Source: a virus. From it: a stretch of 64,000 nt of DNA. Location of the stretch: positions 100,107 to 164,106 of the IMG/VR virus record IMGVR_UViG_3300020057_000027; one strand, given 5' to 3'. Both the position numbers and the translations under genes were made by a program. The notes below the pieces were generated by a model, which worked only from the letters and a program-made list of their open reading frames with translations, searched no databases and was not told the DNA's origin. This document shows, piece by piece, positions 47,346-57,521 of the stretch; the stretch's first letter is position 1; the number at the start of each line of letters is the position of its first letter.

Positions 47346-48238
47346 TGTTTGGCAATATATTCTACCATAGAACAATGAGAAAAGTTGTTTCAGTGTTTGG
47401 TTCACTGTTCAATGATATCTCTATTGTAAGAAGAGACGCACAAGGTAAAGAGATCAAGCGTATTAAAGTCCCTTTGGCTTACGGTCCAAAAGAAAGATAC
47501 TTATCAAGAACATCTAAAGAGCCAGATTTCAATCAAGGTTATACAATAGAACTTCCACGTTTAGCTTTTCAAATTGTTTCATTCAATTATGATGGAGCAA
47601 GAAAACTAAACACAATGCATAGAAATAAAAAGGCTATTGCAGGCGATGGTTCACATGTGAACAGACAGTACAATCCAGTGTCGTACAAGCTCGGCCTAGA
47701 GCTTTACGTGCTTGCTAAGTACATAGATGATGCTAACCAGATCATAGAACAAATACTTCCTTGGTTCACTCCTGACTATACTGTAACTATTAAAGCTATA
47801 CCAGAAGTAAATCTTATTGATGACGTTCCAATCACTCTCCAAGCTGTTTCTATGGCTGATAACTATGAAGAAGATTGGCTAACAAGAAGAGATATTATTT
47901 GGACTCTAAATTTTGAAGTTAAGACTTTATTCTATGGGCCAGTAAAACCAGAAGATGTTATTACAAAAATACAAACAGATATTCTTGTTGGGCCTATTGG
48001 AAATTCTGTTCAAGATCAAATAGCAAGAAACGCAACACCTAGATCGGCACGACATTTAATTGAAGCTCTTCCTGGAGAAACTTTTGAAGATGATTTTGGA
48101 TTCAGTGAAAGCTATACTGAATATACAGACAATAAGAAGTTTAATCCTGAGACTGGATTAGATGAAGACATTGTATTAAAAATAAAAACTGAAATTTTAC
48201 ATACTGGCGAGCAATTTGGGAAACCAAAAATTATTTAA
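47345..48238 (+). CDS. gp15: tail sheath terminator
   Basis: MFG..FYH...RK.V..FG.LFN; VPLAYGPK; LPR.AF; QI.EQILP.F.P. Confidence 0.95.
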   Translation: MFGNIFYHRTMRKVVSVFGSLFNDISIVRRDAQGKEIKRIKVPLAYGPKERYLSRTSKEPDFNQGYTIELPRLAFQIVSFNYDGARKLNTMHRNKKAIAGDGSHVNRQYNPVSYKLGLELYVLAKYIDDANQIIEQILPWFTPDYTVTIKAIPEVNLIDDVPITLQAVSMADNYEEDWLTRRDIIWTLNFEVKTLFYGPVKPEDVITKIQTDILVGPIGNSVQDQIARNATPRSARHLIEALPGETFEDDFGFSESYTEYTDNKKFNPETGLDEDIVLKIKTEILHTGEQFGKPKII

Positions 48239-48246
48239 GGTGATAT

Positions 48247-48801
48247 ATGAGTGACGATATTATAAAAGATAATGATCAGGAATTTAATCAGTTTGTAGCA
48301 ACTGAAGACGATCTTCGTGCTATTACTGGAAATACTTTACCTGTTATTTCTTCTGAGAAAACAGAAGAGACTAAACTTCCTACGGCAGCTAAAGACGGCT
48401 CACCATTAGTGCCGGTAATATTTGAAGAAGCTGTGCCGGTATTAGCACCAAAGAAAGATACACATACTGAAGAGGTTGAAACAGACTATAAGTATGTGAG
48501 AGATAATCTATACACAATTACTGAACGATCTGTTGAAGCACTAAACAATCTATCTCAGATTGCTAACGCAAGCCAACATCCTAGAGCTTTTGAAGTTTTA
48601 AGTTTGTTAGTTAAAACAATTGCTGATGCACAGAAAGACTTGATGACCATGCACAAAGATAAGGTTAAGATCGAAAATGAGAAAGCAAAACAAATTTCTG
48701 ACACTGGTCCTGAAGTTGTCAACAATAATTTATTTGTTGGTACGACTACTCAACTGGATGAGATCATAAAGAAAATGGGGTTAGTCAAGAAAGATGCCTA
48801 G
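48247..48801 (+). CDS. gp16: terminase small subunit
   Basis: DY.Y.R.NL...A..S.HPRAFEV...NNNLFVG.T..L. Confidence 0.92.
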   Translation: MSDDIIKDNDQEFNQFVATEDDLRAITGNTLPVISSEKTEETKLPTAAKDGSPLVPVIFEEAVPVLAPKKDTHTEEVETDYKYVRDNLYTITERSVEALNNLSQIANASQHPRAFEVLSLLVKTIADAQKDLMTMHKDKVKIENEKAKQISDTGPEVVNNNLFVGTTTQLDEIIKKMGLVKKDA

Positions 48802-50521
48802 ATATAATCCACAGACTATGCGGCACTACAAAGGTAATCCTAACCTTAAGTGCGCTGGCGTTCAAATGGCTTATACTACCGATCAAATTGCGGAGCGTAT
48901 TAAATGCACCAATGATCCATTATATTTCATTCAGACTTACATGAAGATCGTTCACGTGGATAGAGGACTTGTGTCTTTTGATCTATATGACTTTCAAAAA
49001 ACATTACTTCAAGCATATATTGATGAACGTTTTGTTATTGCAAAACTACCAAGGCAGGTAGGAAAATCTACTGTAACAATTGCTTACATCATGTGGACTG
49101 TATTATTTGGTCCGATGCAAAATATTGCTGTGCTTGCTAACAAGGCTCAGATTGCTAGAGATATTTTAGCTAAACTTCAATTAGCTTTTGAACATATACC
49201 ACTATGGATGCAACAAGGTATCGTATCGTGGAACAGAGGTTCTATTGAATTAGAAAATGGTTCAAAAGTTGTTGCTGCTTCTACTGCTAAAAGTTCTATT
49301 CGTGGTAACACATATAATATTATTTTCTTGGACGAGTTTGCTTTCGTACCACAAAATATTGCTAACGAGTTTATTACTTCTGTATATCCTACTATTTCTT
49401 CAGGTACTACAACAAAACTATTCATGGTATCAACACCGAATGGTATGAATTTATTTTATGATTATTGGGAAGCTGCTCTAGCAAAAGAAAATCTTTATAA
49501 ACCTATTGAAGCTCATTGGTCGGTTGTTCCTGGACGTGATGCTAAGTGGGCTGAAGACCAAATTAAACAATTAGGACAAGAAAAATTTAATCAAGAATTT
49601 AATTGCGAATTCTTAGGTTCTGTGAATACGCTTATTGTTCCATCTAAAATGATGTCACTGGGAACTAGAAAAAGAGAACCTCTTCATAAAATTAATGATA
49701 TAGACATTTACGAATTCCCACAAGAAAAACATATCTATATGACCATTGTGGATACCGCAGAAGGACAAAATTTAGATTATTCTGCTATGACTGTGATTGA
49801 TGTTACCGAAGCTCCTTATAGGGTGGTAGCAAAATACAGAAATAACAAAGTATCTCCAATGATGCTACCCAATATCATATATAACGTGGCCACTAAATAT
49901 AACACATCGCATGTATTGATTGAAACAAATAATATCGGAAGTCAAGTAGCAGAAACTTTACACTCAGATCTAGAATACGAAAACATCTTTTCTACTACTA
50001 ATATGGGGAGAGGAGGTCAAAGAATCTCGGCAGGGTTTAAGAAAAACGCTAAGTTAGGAGTAAAGACCACGGCCCCAATTAAATCTTTAGGGTGTTCAAA
50101 CCTTAAAAGTATAATTGAAAATGATCAACTATTAATCCACGACAAAGATACTATTAAAGAGTTAGCCGCTTTCGTAGCAACTAAAAAAAGCTTTGCCGCA
50201 GGGGCAGGTCATAATGATGACTTGGTTATGTGTTTAGTTCTTTTTGGTTGGTTAGCTACTCAGCCCGTCTTCAAGGAATTGACAGACGTGGATATACGAA
50301 AGAACATGGCTGACCAGAAAGAAGAGAGTATGAGAGAAGAGATGCTTCCCTTTGGAATTATCGCTTCAAGTGAAGACCATGTTAAAGCTGTTGAGACTTT
50401 CAAAGATAATGACGGAACTAATTGGGAAGTTGTTAATGAGTGGGAAGAGAGCAAAAGATCATGGAATGAGTTTGACTATACCGGAAAAGACGATCAAGAT
50501 GAGAGTTTTGAAGACTGGTAA
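48794..50521 (+). CDS. gp17: terminase large subunit
   Basis: PRQ.GKST, LANK...A, IFLDEFAF, STPNG.N, DTAEG..LDYS, HNDDLVM. Confidence 0.97.
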   Translation: MPRYNPQTMRHYKGNPNLKCAGVQMAYTTDQIAERIKCTNDPLYFIQTYMKIVHVDRGLVSFDLYDFQKTLLQAYIDERFVIAKLPRQVGKSTVTIAYIMWTVLFGPMQNIAVLANKAQIARDILAKLQLAFEHIPLWMQQGIVSWNRGSIELENGSKVVAASTAKSSIRGNTYNIIFLDEFAFVPQNIANEFITSVYPTISSGTTTKLFMVSTPNGMNLFYDYWEAALAKENLYKPIEAHWSVVPGRDAKWAEDQIKQLGQEKFNQEFNCEFLGSVNTLIVPSKMMSLGTRKREPLHKINDIDIYEFPQEKHIYMTIVDTAEGQNLDYSAMTVIDVTEAPYRVVAKYRNNKVSPMMLPNIIYNVATKYNTSHVLIETNNIGSQVAETLHSDLEYENIFSTTNMGRGGQRISAGFKKNAKLGVKTTAPIKSLGCSNLKSIIENDQLLIHDKDTIKELAAFVATKKSFAAGAGHNDDLVMCLVLFGWLATQPVFKELTDVDIRKNMADQKEESMREEMLPFGIIASSEDHVKAVETFKDNDGTNWEVVNEWEESKRSWNEFDYTGKDDQDESFEDW

Positions 50522-50630
50522 TATTTGGAATATTATAAAGACAGTAAAATTATAAATATCTAGTGCTAAAGCTATACAAAGGCCTGCTCAGATTTGAGGT
50601 GGAGCACTTAAAACTTTAAGGAGAAAAAAC

Positions 50631-52784
50631 ATGGGATTTCAAGTATCGCCCGGAGTAAATGTAAGTGAAATTGATCTTACTACTATTGTCCCTGCCGTAT
50701 CAACTACTGACGGTGGTTTCTGTGGTGTGTTCAAATGGGGGCCGCTCAACGAGATCGTTCTTGTTGGAAACGAAAATGACGTAGTAAGACGATTCGGTAA
50801 ACCCGATTTGGAAACTGCTACTTCGTTCTTCACTGCCGCAAACTTTTTAGCTTACGGAAATAAACTTCGTATTGTTCGTGCTGCAAGCACAGCAACACAA
50901 TCTGTTGCCTTCACTGGCGTAAGTTCTACTGGAACTGCTGTAACTGGTTCAGGCTTCTTGCTTGGTGCTTTACGTGTACGTCCTGGAGACACTATTGTTT
51001 TTGGACTTGACGAAAGAAATGTAACTGCTGTTGCAAGTGATATCGCATTAACTATTGATGCTGCATTTTCTCCAGATTTAAGTTCTGCTGCTGTTACCAT
51101 TAAAATCTTTGTTGGAGCTTTAAATGCTACTTCAGAAGAAGGTACTGGAACTGCTGCTCCTGGTATCGGAGTTCTTATTAAGAATGACGATGACTATACA
51201 CAAAACTATTCTAGCGGTTTAGCTAACGTTGGACCTTTTGCTGCTAAGTATCCTGGAGCATTAGGTAATGCTATTTTGGTTTCTATTTGTCCAAGTGGTA
51301 GCACTAATCCTGCAACTGCTAACGCATTTAAACAAAACCTTGCTGGCACTGTTTCTAGTTCTGGTGTTACTTTAACTGGTACTGGAACTGACTTCTTAAA
51401 TAAATTAACTGTTGGTTCTATCGTTAGAGATTTAGCTTCAGGTCAAGAAAGAAAGATCGCTTCTGTAGTATCTGCTACTTCAGCAGATACCGATACCGCT
51501 TTCTCTCCTGTATTACTTGGTGCTTCACTTTCTGCTAAATGGGAATTCGCTGATGCTATCGGTGTTGCTCCTGGAACTTCTGACTATGCTGCTGATCGTT
51601 CTAGTTCTGCTGATGAACTTCACGTTGTAGTTATTGACGCAAATGGAGATATCTCTGGTACTAAAGGTGCTGTTCTTGAAAGACATGCTTTCCTTTCTAA
51701 AGCTGCTGATGCTAAGAGTCCAGATGGTGCTTCTGTTTATTACGTAAATAAAATCAATGAAGTGTCAAACCTAATACGTTGGACAGATCATCTTCCTGCT
51801 GGATTAAACTGGGGAAGTAGTGCCGCTGGTATTGCTTTCACTGCTATTAATAAGCCATACACAGTTCGCTTGAAAGGTGGACGTGATGTGAATACTGGAG
51901 GCGCTGTAGAGGGCGCACGTATTCAAGGTTACGATTTGTTTGCTAATGCTGATCTAGTTGATGTATCACTTGTTCTATTAGGTGAAGCATCTTCAGCAAT
52001 CGCAATTTCTGTAATCAATAACGTTTGTGAAGTGCGTAAAGATTGTGTTGCTTTTATCTCACCAGAAAAAGCTGACGTAGTTGATAACGTAGATAACGAA
52101 GTTGAAGATTCTATTGAATTCCGCGATACTCTTCCATCAAGCTCGTATGCTTTTATGGACAGTGGTTGGAAACTTCAATACGACAAATACAATGACGTTA
52201 AGAGATGGGTTCCTTTGAATGGTGATATTGCTGGTCTATGTGTTAGAACAGATACTATTGCTGATCCTTGGTACTCTCCTGCTGGATATAACAGAGGTAA
52301 TATTAAAAATGTATTACGTCTTGCTTATAGCCCACACAAAGCGCAAAGAGATGACTTGTATCTTTCTGGAATCAATTCTGTAATTGACGAACACGCTCAA
52401 GGCACTGTATTGTTTGGAGATAAAACTCTTCTTGCTAAACCAAGTGCGTTTGATCGTATTAACGTTCGTAGATTGTTTATTGTTCTTGAAAAAGCAATTG
52501 CTCGTGCTTCTAAATTTACTTTGTTTGAATTCAACGATTCATTCACAAGATCACAATTTAGAAACCTTGTTGAGCCTTTCTTGAGAGATGTTCAAGGTAG
52601 ACGTGGAATATATGACTTCAAAGTTGTATGTGATACATCTAACAACACTCCTGAAGTAATTGACCGTAACGAGTTTATTGGAGATATTTACATCAAGCCA
52701 GCACGTTCGATCAACTTCATTCAGTTGAACTTTATTGCTGTAAGAACTGGTGTCGAATTTGCTGAAATTGTTGGTAAATTCTAA
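50631..52784 (+). CDS. gp18: tail sheath protein
   Basis: SPGV.V.EIDLT; FGDKT....SAFDRINVRRLF; IYIKPARSINFI.LNF. Confidence 0.97.
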   Translation: MGFQVSPGVNVSEIDLTTIVPAVSTTDGGFCGVFKWGPLNEIVLVGNENDVVRRFGKPDLETATSFFTAANFLAYGNKLRIVRAASTATQSVAFTGVSSTGTAVTGSGFLLGALRVRPGDTIVFGLDERNVTAVASDIALTIDAAFSPDLSSAAVTIKIFVGALNATSEEGTGTAAPGIGVLIKNDDDYTQNYSSGLANVGPFAAKYPGALGNAILVSICPSGSTNPATANAFKQNLAGTVSSSGVTLTGTGTDFLNKLTVGSIVRDLASGQERKIASVVSATSADTDTAFSPVLLGASLSAKWEFADAIGVAPGTSDYAADRSSSADELHVVVIDANGDISGTKGAVLERHAFLSKAADAKSPDGASVYYVNKINEVSNLIRWTDHLPAGLNWGSSAAGIAFTAINKPYTVRLKGGRDVNTGGAVEGARIQGYDLFANADLVDVSLVLLGEASSAIAISVINNVCEVRKDCVAFISPEKADVVDNVDNEVEDSIEFRDTLPSSSYAFMDSGWKLQYDKYNDVKRWVPLNGDIAGLCVRTDTIADPWYSPAGYNRGNIKNVLRLAYSPHKAQRDDLYLSGINSVIDEHAQGTVLFGDKTLLAKPSAFDRINVRRLFIVLEKAIARASKFTLFEFNDSFTRSQFRNLVEPFLRDVQGRRGIYDFKVVCDTSNNTPEVIDRNEFIGDIYIKPARSINFIQLNFIAVRTGVEFAEIVGKF

Positions 52785-52811
52785 TAAATATTAACTTAGG
52801 GAGAAACCAAA

Positions 52812-53405
52812 ATGGCTTTTAAAATTCAAGATATCAAGACAGCATTAGAGTTTGGTGGAGCACGTCCGTCACTCTTTAGAGTAGAGCTAGACCTTCCGCT
52901 TGCTATAAGCGGAGGTCAAATTCTTCCACAAGGCGGTTCACAAGCGGCAGATAAAACTACATTCAAAAACAAATTAAGTTTTCTATGTAATGCTGCTTCT
53001 TTACCCTCTTCAACTATTGCTCCAATCGAAGTATCATACTTTGGTAGAAAAATTAAGGTTGCTGGTAATAGAACATTCCCTGAATGGACATTGACTATTA
53101 TCAACGATGAAGATTTTGCTTTAAGAAATGCTTTTGAATCATGGATGGGAGCTATCAACGGACATACAACTAACTTACGTAACTCTGGTGCTACATCAAC
53201 TCCAGATACATATAAGGTAGACGGTAAGGTATTACAATTTGGAAAAGCTGATGATCAGTCTCCAATTAGAAAGTACCAATTTCAAGGTTTGTTTCCAACT
53301 GAAGTTTCTGCTATTGAAACAAATTGGGCAACCGAAAATGAAATTGAAAGTTTCACTGTAACCCTTCAGTACGACTTATGGGTTCTTGACGCCAGCAAAG
53401 AATAA
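52812..53405 (+). CDS. gp19: tail tube protein
   Basis: GGARP.LF.V; GR..K.AG.RTF..W..TI.NDEDF..R..FE.W; IE.F.VT..YD.W. Confidence 0.96.
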   Translation: MAFKIQDIKTALEFGGARPSLFRVELDLPLAISGGQILPQGGSQAADKTTFKNKLSFLCNAASLPSSTIAPIEVSYFGRKIKVAGNRTFPEWTLTIINDEDFALRNAFESWMGAINGHTTNLRNSGATSTPDTYKVDGKVLQFGKADDQSPIRKYQFQGLFPTEVSAIETNWATENEIESFTVTLQYDLWVLDASKE

Positions 53406-53480
53406 TTTAGGCTCACCTAAATATCAAGTGAAGGTCTTGGAGATAATCACAAGCCTATTATAGTATGAACAGGAGAGCAA

Positions 53481-55589
53481 ATGGATTTTAAATTATTCGG
53501 TTATACATTAAAAAAGACTGAACTAGAAAAAGCTAAAGAAGATGCTAAGTCTTTTGTACCGCCTACTAATGAAGATGGCGCAGTAACCGTTGAAGGTGTT
53601 GGTGCCTACGGAGCCTTCATTGACCTTGAAGGCTCTTCTAAAAACGAATTTGAATTAATCACACGCTATAGAGAAATGGCACTTCTACCTGAAGTAGATA
53701 GTGCTATAGACGACATTGTTAATGAAGCAATTGTTGTTAATGGACAAAGAGATGCCGTAGAAATTAATCTCAGCAATATCAAAGAAAAGAAAGAAGTTAA
53801 AGAAGCAATCTATGAAGAGTTTGATAATATTCTTACTCTATTAAATTGGAATCAAAACTCATACGACCTATTCAGAAAATGGTATATAGACGGTAGACTG
53901 TTTTTTCACGTTATACTAGACGATCAAAAAAAGAAAAATGGGATCTTAGAACTTCGATATATTGACCCAAGACAAATTCGTAAAGTTAGAGAAATAGAAA
54001 GAGATGTTTCAGAACAGGGTGTTGAGCTATTAAAAGTTGCCGATGAATATTACGTGTTCAACCAAAGAGGACTTCTTCGTGGTGGTTCTGGTAATACCAC
54101 ATACACTGGCGCATCTACTACCGTAGAAGGTATTAAAATTTCTACTGATTCAATTCTATTTGTTCATTCTGGTATTGTAGATAAATTTTCTTCTACCATT
54201 CTTTCTAATCTACATAAAGCATTAAAAGGAATGAATCAACTAAAAATGATGGAAGATGCGATGGTTATCTATCGTATTGCTCGTGCTCCAGAAAGAAGAA
54301 TTTTCTATGTTGATGTTGGTAATCTTCCTAAATCAAAAGCTGATGCATATCTTAGAGATATCATGCAAAGATATCGTAACAAGATGGTCTACAATATCGA
54401 AACTGGAGAAGTCAAAGACGATAGACGAACACTTTCTATGCTTGAAGACTTTTGGTTGCCGAGGAGAGAGGGATGCCTTTCATTGAATACGCAGATAGAT
54501 TTACTAGATGGCCGTCAAGTTCCTTTAAGTGATTTAATATTAGAATATGATCAAGGCAAACAAAACTGGACATACTCTGTTTCACCCGAAGGAGAAATAG
54601 TTCCTGGCCTGATATCTTGGGCTGGCGTTACACGCAAAAATACTGATGTGCTTAAAATAACTCTCGACAACGGCGAAGAAGTTATAGCAACACCAGATCA
54701 CAAATTTATTTTGCGAGACGGCACTAAAATAGAAGCAAGAGATCTGAAACCACAAGATTCGTTAATGCCTTTCTATACGAGAGAGAAAGATAAACAAATA
54801 TTAAGTAAAGCAGAATACTTAGAAAAATGGTCTCCTGGCTTGGCTAAAATGCAAGCGATGAATGAAGAAAAGAAACTCCATAACCATAAAGTCGTTTCAA
54901 TAGAAATACTTTCTGAAAGAATGGATGTCGGAACCTTAACAATTGATAAAGACCACAGATATCACGATTATCACAACTTTGCTCTATCGGCTGGAATCTT
55001 TGTGATGAACAGTCAGGGCACTTCTATTGATACACTTCCAGGTGGTGAAAATCTTGGTGAGATGGCAGACGTTGAATACTTTCAGAAGAAATTATATAAA
55101 GCACTTAATGTTCCAGTATCAAGATTAGATCCAGAAAATGGTTTCCAATTAGGACGTGCTGCTGAAATTACTCGTGATGAATTGAAGTTTACTAAATTCA
55201 TCTATAGACAAAGAATTAGATTCTCACACCTATTCATTGAACTATTAGAAAAGCAACTAACTATAAAGGGTATTGTAAACCGAGATGAATGGGAGAATAT
55301 AAAAGAGCAAGTAACTTTTGATTGGGCTAACGATAATCACTTTACTGAATTGAAAGACTCTGAAATTCTTAGAAACAGACTTGAGCTTATTCAATTGATA
55401 GATCCATACACACAAAAATACTTCTCAGTTAAGTGGATTAGAAAGAACGTACTAAAACAGACTGAGGATGAACAGAAAACTGTGGATAAAGACATTGTAG
55501 CTGAAAAAGACGTTTACCCTGATCCGGCTCCCGCTCCGGGAGAAGATGGGGTTAAAATGACTAATTTTGATGATGGTAACGAATTTTAA
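53481..55589 (+). CDS. gp20: portal protein containing an intein
   Basis: FR.WY.DGR; MEDA.VIYR..RAPERRIFYVDVGNLP..KA; LEDFWLPRREG; ITRDE.KF. Confidence 0.97.
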   Translation: MDFKLFGYTLKKTELEKAKEDAKSFVPPTNEDGAVTVEGVGAYGAFIDLEGSSKNEFELITRYREMALLPEVDSAIDDIVNEAIVVNGQRDAVEINLSNIKEKKEVKEAIYEEFDNILTLLNWNQNSYDLFRKWYIDGRLFFHVILDDQKKKNGILELRYIDPRQIRKVREIERDVSEQGVELLKVADEYYVFNQRGLLRGGSGNTTYTGASTTVEGIKISTDSILFVHSGIVDKFSSTILSNLHKALKGMNQLKMMEDAMVIYRIARAPERRIFYVDVGNLPKSKADAYLRDIMQRYRNKMVYNIETGEVKDDRRTLSMLEDFWLPRREGCLSLNTQIDLLDGRQVPLSDLILEYDQGKQNWTYSVSPEGEIVPGLISWAGVTRKNTDVLKITLDNGEEVIATPDHKFILRDGTKIEARDLKPQDSLMPFYTREKDKQILSKAEYLEKWSPGLAKMQAMNEEKKLHNHKVVSIEILSERMDVGTLTIDKDHRYHDYHNFALSAGIFVMNSQGTSIDTLPGGENLGEMADVEYFQKKLYKALNVPVSRLDPENGFQLGRAAEITRDELKFTKFIYRQRIRFSHLFIELLEKQLTIKGIVNRDEWENIKEQVTFDWANDNHFTELKDSEILRNRLELIQLIDPYTQKYFSVKWIRKNVLKQTEDEQKTVDKDIVAEKDVYPDPAPAPGEDGVKMTNFDDGNEF
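54474..55010 (+). mobile_element. mini-intein (179 aa) in the portal
   Basis: begins CLSLNT (block A), ATPDHKF (block B TxxH), ends YHNFALSAGIFVMN before Ser; removal restores REG-SQGT..TLPGG and a 523-aa portal; no LAGLIDADG motifs. Confidence 0.93.
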
Positions 55590-55615
55590 TAAACTTGGAA
55601 AGGATAAATACATAT

Positions 55616-55777
55616 ATGTCAAAAAAGAAACTAAAAAACCTTATTAAGTTAGCTTCAGAAATGAACCTTTCGGCTTTCAGAAAGACGCTAAAAGAAGTTC
55701 TTTTGGCTAAGACAGCTAAGAGACTTGACGAAAAAGAAGTACAGCTTTCCAAGAAACTTTTTAAAGAGAAACGTTAG
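55616..55777 (+). CDS. small prohead core protein candidate (gp67/68 position)
   Basis: position between portal and protease; F...L..K....LD..E motif; late promoter at 55603. Confidence 0.55.
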   Translation: MSKKKLKNLIKLASEMNLSAFRKTLKEVLLAKTAKRLDEKEVQLSKKLFKEKR

Positions 55778-55786
55778 GCCTAAGAA

Positions 55787-56452
55787 ATGAAACTCATTAC
55801 AGAAGTAAATGAAAATTTAGCGTACAAGGTTATTACCGAAGAAAAGTCTGGCGGTAAAAACTACTTCATTGAAGGTATCTTTCTCCAAGCAGAAATGAAG
55901 AACCGCAATGGAAGAATGTACCCTAAAGAACTTCTACAAAATGAAGTTAAAAGATATATTAAAGAGTACGTAGAAAAGAATCGTGCTTTTGGTGAATTGG
56001 GACATCCAGATGGTCCGACTATCAATCTTGATCGTGTATCGCATATGATTACCGAATTAAGAGAAGATGGTGATAATTTTATTGGTAAAGCTAAAATATT
56101 AGTTGACTTGCCTAACGGTAAAATCGTTAAGGCTTTTATTGATGCTGGTGCTTCACTTGGCGTATCTTCTCGTGGTATGGGTTCGTTAAGAACCGAAGGC
56201 CACGATATACAGATAGTTCAAGATGATTTTTATCTTGTAACGGCTGGTGACATTGTTGCCGACCCTTCTGCTCCTGATGCTTTCGTAAATGGCATCATGG
56301 AAGGTAAAGAATGGGTTTGGGATAATGGGCTCATCAAAGAACGTACCATTGCCGGCTACAAGAAAGAAATATCTAAGGCTCCTGCTAAGAAGATTCGTGA
56401 AGTAAGCGTAAAAGCTTTTGAAGACTTCATGAAACGACTTAGCAGAGGATAA
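55787..56452 (+). CDS. gp21: prohead protease
   Basis: MKLITE; IEGIFLQ....NRNGR.YP; GELGHP; GVSSRG.GS; DIVADPSAP.AFV.GIMEG.EW. Confidence 0.97.
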   Translation: MKLITEVNENLAYKVITEEKSGGKNYFIEGIFLQAEMKNRNGRMYPKELLQNEVKRYIKEYVEKNRAFGELGHPDGPTINLDRVSHMITELREDGDNFIGKAKILVDLPNGKIVKAFIDAGASLGVSSRGMGSLRTEGHDIQIVQDDFYLVTAGDIVADPSAPDAFVNGIMEGKEWVWDNGLIKERTIAGYKKEISKAPAKKIREVSVKAFEDFMKRLSRG

Positions 56453-57028
56453 ATGTTCACGCATAAAGATTTAATAAGAACATTAAAGACTGAATTACTT
56501 ACTGACCCCGAACATTTAGGGTATAGTAGATATTTTGCTTATCCGGCGCAGATCGCTGCTTTAATGAATCAACCACAAAGACAATCAGAAATACAATCTA
56601 CTAGTATAACTAAAGCATTAGAATATCTAACTTGGCTTGAGGAATTAAAGGTAGTTAATAATGTACAGCTTGTAAAAGAACTAGTTGAGTTTTTAATATA
56701 TCATGGAGCAGGAAATGCAGTTAATAATACTGTTGCTACCGAAGAAAGTGATGGATTGTTAAGAATTCTTAAATTACTAGGCATAGATTTTTTTCTAAAT
56801 ATGTTTGGTATATCATCATATTGGGGTGATAAAGAAAAGCTTAAGATGGCTGTTTTAGATGTTTTGGAACACGCTTCAAAAATAGGACAGAAAAAGTATT
56901 CTGTTCATATAAGTAATAAAATTATTTCATGTAGAATTCTTAGATTATTTAGTGGTGTTGCTGGGGCGCCAAACGCCGTGACTGAAAAAGATATTATTGA
57001 TACAAAACATTACGCTAATATAATATAG
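56453..57028 (+). CDS. hypothetical protein, first gene of the post-gp21 insertion
   Basis: GAGGA RBS, coupled to gp21; L..EL..DP..LGY...IAAL.N. Confidence 0.8.
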   Translation: MFTHKDLIRTLKTELLTDPEHLGYSRYFAYPAQIAALMNQPQRQSEIQSTSITKALEYLTWLEELKVVNNVQLVKELVEFLIYHGAGNAVNNTVATEESDGLLRILKLLGIDFFLNMFGISSYWGDKEKLKMAVLDVLEHASKIGQKKYSVHISNKIISCRILRLFSGVAGAPNAVTEKDIIDTKHYANII

Positions 57029-57038
57029 GAAAACAAAA

Positions 57039-57521
57039 ATGGCTTCAACATTAAACATTACATATTCAGCTTCAGCAAGTATAACTTGTACTCTTGCTTC
57101 TTTAGCTACTGCTTCAGCAAGATCTTGCGATGCTGTAGATAACGGCACAAACAAATATATTGATGCTATACTATATCTTGCTATACCTTTGGTTACGGGC
57201 ACTCCGGCCTCAGATAAAGCTATCAACGTTTGGTTCTATGGTTCAGAAGATGGAACAAACTATACCGATAACTCTTTAGGTACTAATGCTGCTGTTACAT
57301 TAAGAGTACCAACAAATTTGCGTGGACCTTTTATCATAACAACTCCAACTGCTGGTGCTTTAACCTATAAAGCAACTATAGGTTCTGTTGCTTCTTTCTT
57401 TGGTGGCATACTTCCTAGAAAATGGGGATTTGTTATTGAGAATAGAACTAACTTAGCTTTCAATGCAACTGAAGGAAATTTAATAAAGACTTTTACTGGT
57501 ATAACATATACGACGACTTAA
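57039..57521 (+). CDS. Thr/Ala-rich beta-sandwich virion protein
   Basis: AGGA RBS; composition and strand pattern of a structural or decoration protein. Confidence 0.75.
   Translation: MASTLNITYSASASITCTLASLATASARSCDAVDNGTNKYIDAILYLAIPLVTGTPASDKAINVWFYGSEDGTNYTDNSLGTNAAVTLRVPTNLRGPFIITTPTAGALTYKATIGSVASFFGGILPRKWGFVIENRTNLAFNATEGNLIKTFTGITYTTT

Noticed and set aside
48794-50521. Intein or intron in the terminase
   Set aside because: Length and motif spacing are normal; no insertion seen.
211-57226. All minus-strand ORFs and short nested plus-strand ORFs in the track
   Set aside because: They overlap well-supported plus-strand genes and lack RBSs and recognisable motifs.
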